Below are positions 60,136 through 64,000 of a stretch of DNA of 64,000 bases, one piece after another. A model generated the notes under the pieces. That model saw nothing but the letters and a program-made list of their open reading frames with translations. It did not search any database and was not told the DNA's origin. The stretch spans positions 1 to 64,000 of the IMG/VR virus record IMGVR_UViG_3300022700_000069; one strand, 5' to 3'. The stretch comes from a virus. Each line of letters opens with the position of its first letter. Position 1 is the first letter of the stretch. The position numbers and the translations under genes were made by a program.

Positions 60136-60194
60136 TATTATTGTTTTTTTCAAAAATTTAGTATTTATTTGTAGTTCACAATTAATGTTTTATT

Positions 60195-62075
60195 ATGGAA
60201 AAAGCAATAAAAAAAATATTAAATAATAAGAAATATATTGAATCACATATAAAAAAAACATATCCAGAATTATATAATAAAATTATTTTATTTAACAAAA
60301 ATTTGGATATATCATGGTTAAATAAATTATATAATTATATATATAAAATTAAAAGTAAAAATTGTGAATATTGTGGTAAATCATTAAAATTTAAAGAAAA
60401 TTTTTCTATTGGTTATGGAAAATACTGTTCAAAAAAATGCACTTCTAGGGCAACAAGAGATAAAGTAAAACAAACTAATTTAAATAAATATGGGGTTGAA
60501 TTTCCATTACAAAATGAAAAAATATTAAATAAAGTAAAACAAACTAATTTAAATAAATATGGGGTTGAATCAACATTATTAAATAAAAACGTAAAAAATA
60601 AAATAAAACAAACTAATATAGAAAAATACGGTGTTGAAAATCCATTTCAATCAAAATTAATAAGAAATAAAATAAAACAAACTAATTTAAATAAGTATGG
60701 GGTTGAAAATATATTTGAAAATGAAGAAGTGAGAAAAAAAATTAATGTAAAGTATTGGAATAAAACAAATGACGAAAGAAAAAAAATTGTTCAAAAAGCA
60801 AAACAAACTAATATAAATAAATATGGTGTTTCAACAGTTTTATTATTGGAAGAAAATAGAAATAAACAAAAAAAGATTATTAAAAAAAAGTATGGAGTTG
60901 AATTTGCATTACAAAATCCTGAAATTTATAAAAAGAGTCGAGAAAAAATAAGAAAAAAATATGAAGTAGATAATATATCACAATCTTTAATAATTAAAAA
61001 AAATAAAAAAAATAAATTTTTAATTAATTGGGCAAAAAAATTAAATATTTCCATAAATAATATAAAATATGATAATGGGATTTTCATTATTAAACAATAT
61101 TGTAAAAATCATAATAGTTTTAAAATTAATTATGATGATTTATATAATAGGTTTAATATGGGGGTTATTAATATTTGTACTAAATGTAATCCCATTAATA
61201 AACAATCGAAAATTAAGGAAAGGGAAATTGCTGATTTCATTGATAATGATTTAAATTTGAAATATGATAGAAATAATCGAAAAATATTAAATGGAAAAGA
61301 AATTGATTTTTATTTTCCTGAATATAAATTAGGTATTGAATTTAATGGTTTATATTATCACTCAAATAAATTCATTACAAAAAAATATCATCTGAATAAA
61401 ACAGAGTTTGCTGAAAAACAAAATATACAATTATTACATATTTTTGAAGATGAGTGGATATTTAAAAAAGATTTAATTAAATCAATAATTAAAAGTAAAT
61501 TAAATATTTTTGATAAAAAAATATATGCTCGTAAATGTGAAATTAGAGAAATTAATGATAATCAATTGGTTCGTGAATTTCTTGAAAGAAATCATTTACA
61601 GGGGTTTGTTGGTTCTAAATATAAAATTGGATTATTTCATAATGATGAATTAATTTCATTAATGATTTTTAGTAGAAAAAGAATTGCTTTGGGAAGTAAA
61701 AATAATAACAATAATGAATTTGAATTATTACGTTTTTGTAATAAATTAAATACACAGGTAATTGGTGGAGCAAGTAAATTATTAAATTATTTTGTAAAAA
61801 TTTATAAACCAAAATCAATTTTAACTTTTGCTGATAGAAGATATAGTAATGGTAAATTATATCAAAGATTAGGGTTTAAATTCATAAAAAAAACTAAACC
61901 AAATTATTGGTATTTTAAGAAAAATAAATTGATCAGATATCATAGATTTAATTTTAGGAAAGATATTCTTGTTAAAAAGGGGTATGATTCTAACAAAACC
62001 GAAAAACAAATAATGACTGAAAATGGATATTATTACATATATGATTGTGGTAATAAAAAATATGTGTTAAATTAA
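60195..62075 (+). CDS. Hef-like endonuclease: 23-aa KQTNLxKYGVE repeats, Vsr/DUF559-like nuclease, GNAT/Mom-like domain
   Basis: EIDFY..GIEFNGLYYHS..IFEDEW; FELLRFCNKLNTQVIGGASKLL..TFADRRYSNGKLYQRLGF..IYDCG. Confidence 0.82.
   Translation: MEKAIKKILNNKKYIESHIKKTYPELYNKIILFNKNLDISWLNKLYNYIYKIKSKNCEYCGKSLKFKENFSIGYGKYCSKKCTSRATRDKVKQTNLNKYGVEFPLQNEKILNKVKQTNLNKYGVESTLLNKNVKNKIKQTNIEKYGVENPFQSKLIRNKIKQTNLNKYGVENIFENEEVRKKINVKYWNKTNDERKKIVQKAKQTNINKYGVSTVLLLEENRNKQKKIIKKKYGVEFALQNPEIYKKSREKIRKKYEVDNISQSLIIKKNKKNKFLINWAKKLNISINNIKYDNGIFIIKQYCKNHNSFKINYDDLYNRFNMGVINICTKCNPINKQSKIKEREIADFIDNDLNLKYDRNNRKILNGKEIDFYFPEYKLGIEFNGLYYHSNKFITKKYHLNKTEFAEKQNIQLLHIFEDEWIFKKDLIKSIIKSKLNIFDKKIYARKCEIREINDNQLVREFLERNHLQGFVGSKYKIGLFHNDELISLMIFSRKRIALGSKNNNNNEFELLRFCNKLNTQVIGGASKLLNYFVKIYKPKSILTFADRRYSNGKLYQRLGFKFIKKTKPNYWYFKKNKLIRYHRFNFRKDILVKKGYDSNKTEKQIMTENGYYYIYDCGNKKYVLN
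60460..60980 (+). repeat. 69-bp-period coding tandem repeats
   Basis: 42-bp identical copies at 60460-60501 and 60529-60570, with degenerate copies following. Confidence 0.85.
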
Positions 62076-62133
62076 TAAAGTCTTGATATTAATTATTTTT
62101 TTATATAAGTTTGTAAAAAAATTTATATTTTTT

Positions 62134-62835
62134 ATGAAAAAAAATAAAATTATTGTAGTGTATTCTACACATTTAAGTGAACAAGAAAATATAGAATTTA
62201 ATCATCATATTGAAGATACAATAGGTGATGTTGATTTTAGTATTTTAGTGTATCCAAATTTTAATCAATACTCTCTCCCCCAAATATATAATCAGGCATT
62301 AAAGGACTATTATGATGATAATTTAATATTTGTGTTTTGTCATAATGATATTATTTTTAAAACTAAAGATTGGGGAAAAATATTACTTGCCAGATTTAAT
62401 GCTAATAATAATTTTGATATTATTGGTGTTGCTGGATCAACATATTTACCAGAATCTGGAAGATGGTGGGAAGACCCATCAAAAATGGTGGGAATTGTTG
62501 AACATACTAATAGTCTTAGAACTTGGGTAAGTAATTATTCTGAAAAATTTTATGGAATTAGAGAAACTGTTTTAATTGACGGTCTGTTTATGGCAGTTAA
62601 TCCAACAACAATTGAACATCAATTTGATGAAGATTTTAAGGGTTTTCATTTTTATGACCTAAGTTTTTGTTTACCAAATTATTTAGATGGTAATAATATT
62701 GGTGTTTTAACAGATATTAGAATTTTACATAAATCAATTGGAATGACAAATCAACAATGGGAAGAAAATAGACAAAAATTTATAAATAAATATAAAGATG
62801 ATTTACCAATAAAATTAGAACCACATGCCAATTAA
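62134..62835 (+). CDS. Glycosyltransferase family 2-like (start probably ATG 62134)
   Basis: SLPQIYNQAL, FCHNDI, IIGVAG, IDGLFMA, FHFYDLSFC; TTG-N20-TAAGTTTG (62106-62113) upstream. Confidence 0.8.
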   Translation: MKKNKIIVVYSTHLSEQENIEFNHHIEDTIGDVDFSILVYPNFNQYSLPQIYNQALKDYYDDNLIFVFCHNDIIFKTKDWGKILLARFNANNNFDIIGVAGSTYLPESGRWWEDPSKMVGIVEHTNSLRTWVSNYSEKFYGIRETVLIDGLFMAVNPTTIEHQFDEDFKGFHFYDLSFCLPNYLDGNNIGVLTDIRILHKSIGMTNQQWEENRQKFINKYKDDLPIKLEPHAN

Positions 62836-63478
62836 AATAGATCAAATTGATGATGGATTACCAATATCGGTTATTGTACCATTAGATAAAAAAAGAAAAA
62901 ATTTTTTTGAAAATTTTGTTCTACCACTTATTGAAGCAAATGAGCCAAATGAAATCATAATTAATGATAATATTGGTTCTGCACCTAAAAAAAGAAATGC
63001 TGGATTTAAAAAATCAACACAACCATATGTATTTTTTTGTGATGATGATATTATACTTCCAGCAAATTATTTACAGACTTTATATAAAACTTTAAAGAAA
63101 AATGAATCATTAAAAAATATAAAAATTGGATATACATATACTGGATATCATGGTATTGTATTACATCCACAATCACATCCAATGAGAGGTAATTTTCAAA
63201 TACCTTCAATACCTTTTAATGGTAATCAGCTTCTTAAAAGTAATTTTATTTCAACAATGACATTGATTAATAGAAAATATTTTCCAATGTTTGATGAAAA
63301 TTTAAAAAGATTTCAGGATTGGGATATTTTCTTAACAATGTATCGAAATGGAATTCAAGGAGTATTTATTAATAACTTAAAGTTTTTTGCATATTATCTT
63401 GATGAGGGAATTACAGCAAATGGAAACAATCAGCATGAAGCGTATACAATTGTTGCTAGAAAACATGGTCTATTATAA
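62825..63478 (+). CDS. Glycosyltransferase family 2
   Basis: ISVIVP, KRNAGF, FFCDDDI, FDENLKRFQDWDIFL. Confidence 0.87.
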   Translation: MPIKIDQIDDGLPISVIVPLDKKRKNFFENFVLPLIEANEPNEIIINDNIGSAPKKRNAGFKKSTQPYVFFCDDDIILPANYLQTLYKTLKKNESLKNIKIGYTYTGYHGIVLHPQSHPMRGNFQIPSIPFNGNQLLKSNFISTMTLINRKYFPMFDENLKRFQDWDIFLTMYRNGIQGVFINNLKFFAYYLDEGITANGNNQHEAYTIVARKHGLL

Positions 63479-64000
63479 TGAAAAGAGTAAGAAAGAATAT
63501 AAAAAAAACAATTAAAAAGAAAATTGAATTTACTAATAGGGATTTAAATAATAGACAATTAAGAAAAAATAATGGAGTAGTTTTAAATAATGTGATTGTG
63601 GGATTACCAAAACCGAAAAATGAAAAAGGAAATTTAAAAACTGTTGAACAAATAAGAAAAAGTGAATCATATACTGATGAAAGATTAAATAAAAGAATTG
63701 GTAATCAAAAAAAAACTAATAAAAAACATTTAATAGATAATAAAAATAAAATAGAATATAATTTTTTTAATGAAAAATATAAAAAAAGAGAATATGTTGA
63801 TTATGATTGTATTATAATCATTTCATCATATCAAAGATATAATAAATTATATTCAATATTAAATCAATTATATACACAAAGAACTGAATATACGTTTAAG
63901 GTTATTGTTATAAATGATGGATCAGATGATAGAAGATATAAATTATTAATAAATTTGTTTAATAATATTGATTATTTTGAAAATGATATAAATAATGGTA
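63478..64000 (+). CDS. Glycosyltransferase family 2 with basic N-terminal extension, 3'-truncated (not in ORF track)
   Basis: TAATG-coupled; CIIIISSYQRYNKLYSILNQL..KVIVINDGSDD; open to the window end. Confidence 0.75.
   Translation, partial: MKRVRKNIKKTIKKKIEFTNRDLNNRQLRKNNGVVLNNVIVGLPKPKNEKGNLKTVEQIRKSESYTDERLNKRIGNQKKTNKKHLIDNKNKIEYNFFNEKYKKREYVDYDCIIIISSYQRYNKLYSILNQLYTQRTEYTFKVIVINDGSDDRRYKLLINLFNNIDYFENDINNG

Noticed and set aside
1-64000. Stop-codon reassignment as seen in some large Bacteroidota phages
   Set aside because: Long conserved genes are intact in the standard code, and TAG/TGA end genes at expected positions (dut TAG, chaperone TAG).
1-64000. CRISPR array, tRNA/rRNA genes, reverse transcriptase or diversity-generating retroelement
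   Set aside because: No repeat-spacer array, cloverleaf or RT motif seen; the direct repeats found are in-frame coding repeats.

Overview
This 64 kb window is very AT-rich and densely coding. It comes from a large T4-like (jumbo-type) myophage that uses the standard genetic code. The host is probably Bacteroidota: host-type TAnnTTTG promoters are present, Shine-Dalgarno sequences are not apparent, and there is a Bacteroidota-style lipoprotein. The window carries most of the morphogenesis module: terminase, portal, prohead protease, scaffold, major capsid, neck, tail terminator, sheath, tube, tail chaperones, tape measure, and baseplate hub, spike and wedge genes. Interspersed among these are an SF1 helicase, thyA, dut, phoH, nucleases, a gp55-like sigma factor, five glycosyltransferases and a two-domain peptidoglycan hydrolase. 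Selfish elements are abundant: three inteins (terminase, portal, helicase; two with atypical C-termini), a GIY-YIG gene abutting thyA, and four endonuclease/GNAT(Mom-like) fusion genes, each placed just 3' of a core virion gene with its own promoter. Other signals read from the DNA: a (G/C)TATTTAT late-promoter motif (reverse complement of the T4 late promoter) before about 20 genes; CCWGG avoidance at every Pro-Gly pair found; a likely -1 frameshift in the tail chaperone; a stand-alone 66-aa paralog of the sheath C-terminal domain; an ECF-type promoter on the lipoprotein; and a promoter-bearing, structured 450-bp non-coding interval. All assignments are by eye from motifs and synteny; no database searches were run.
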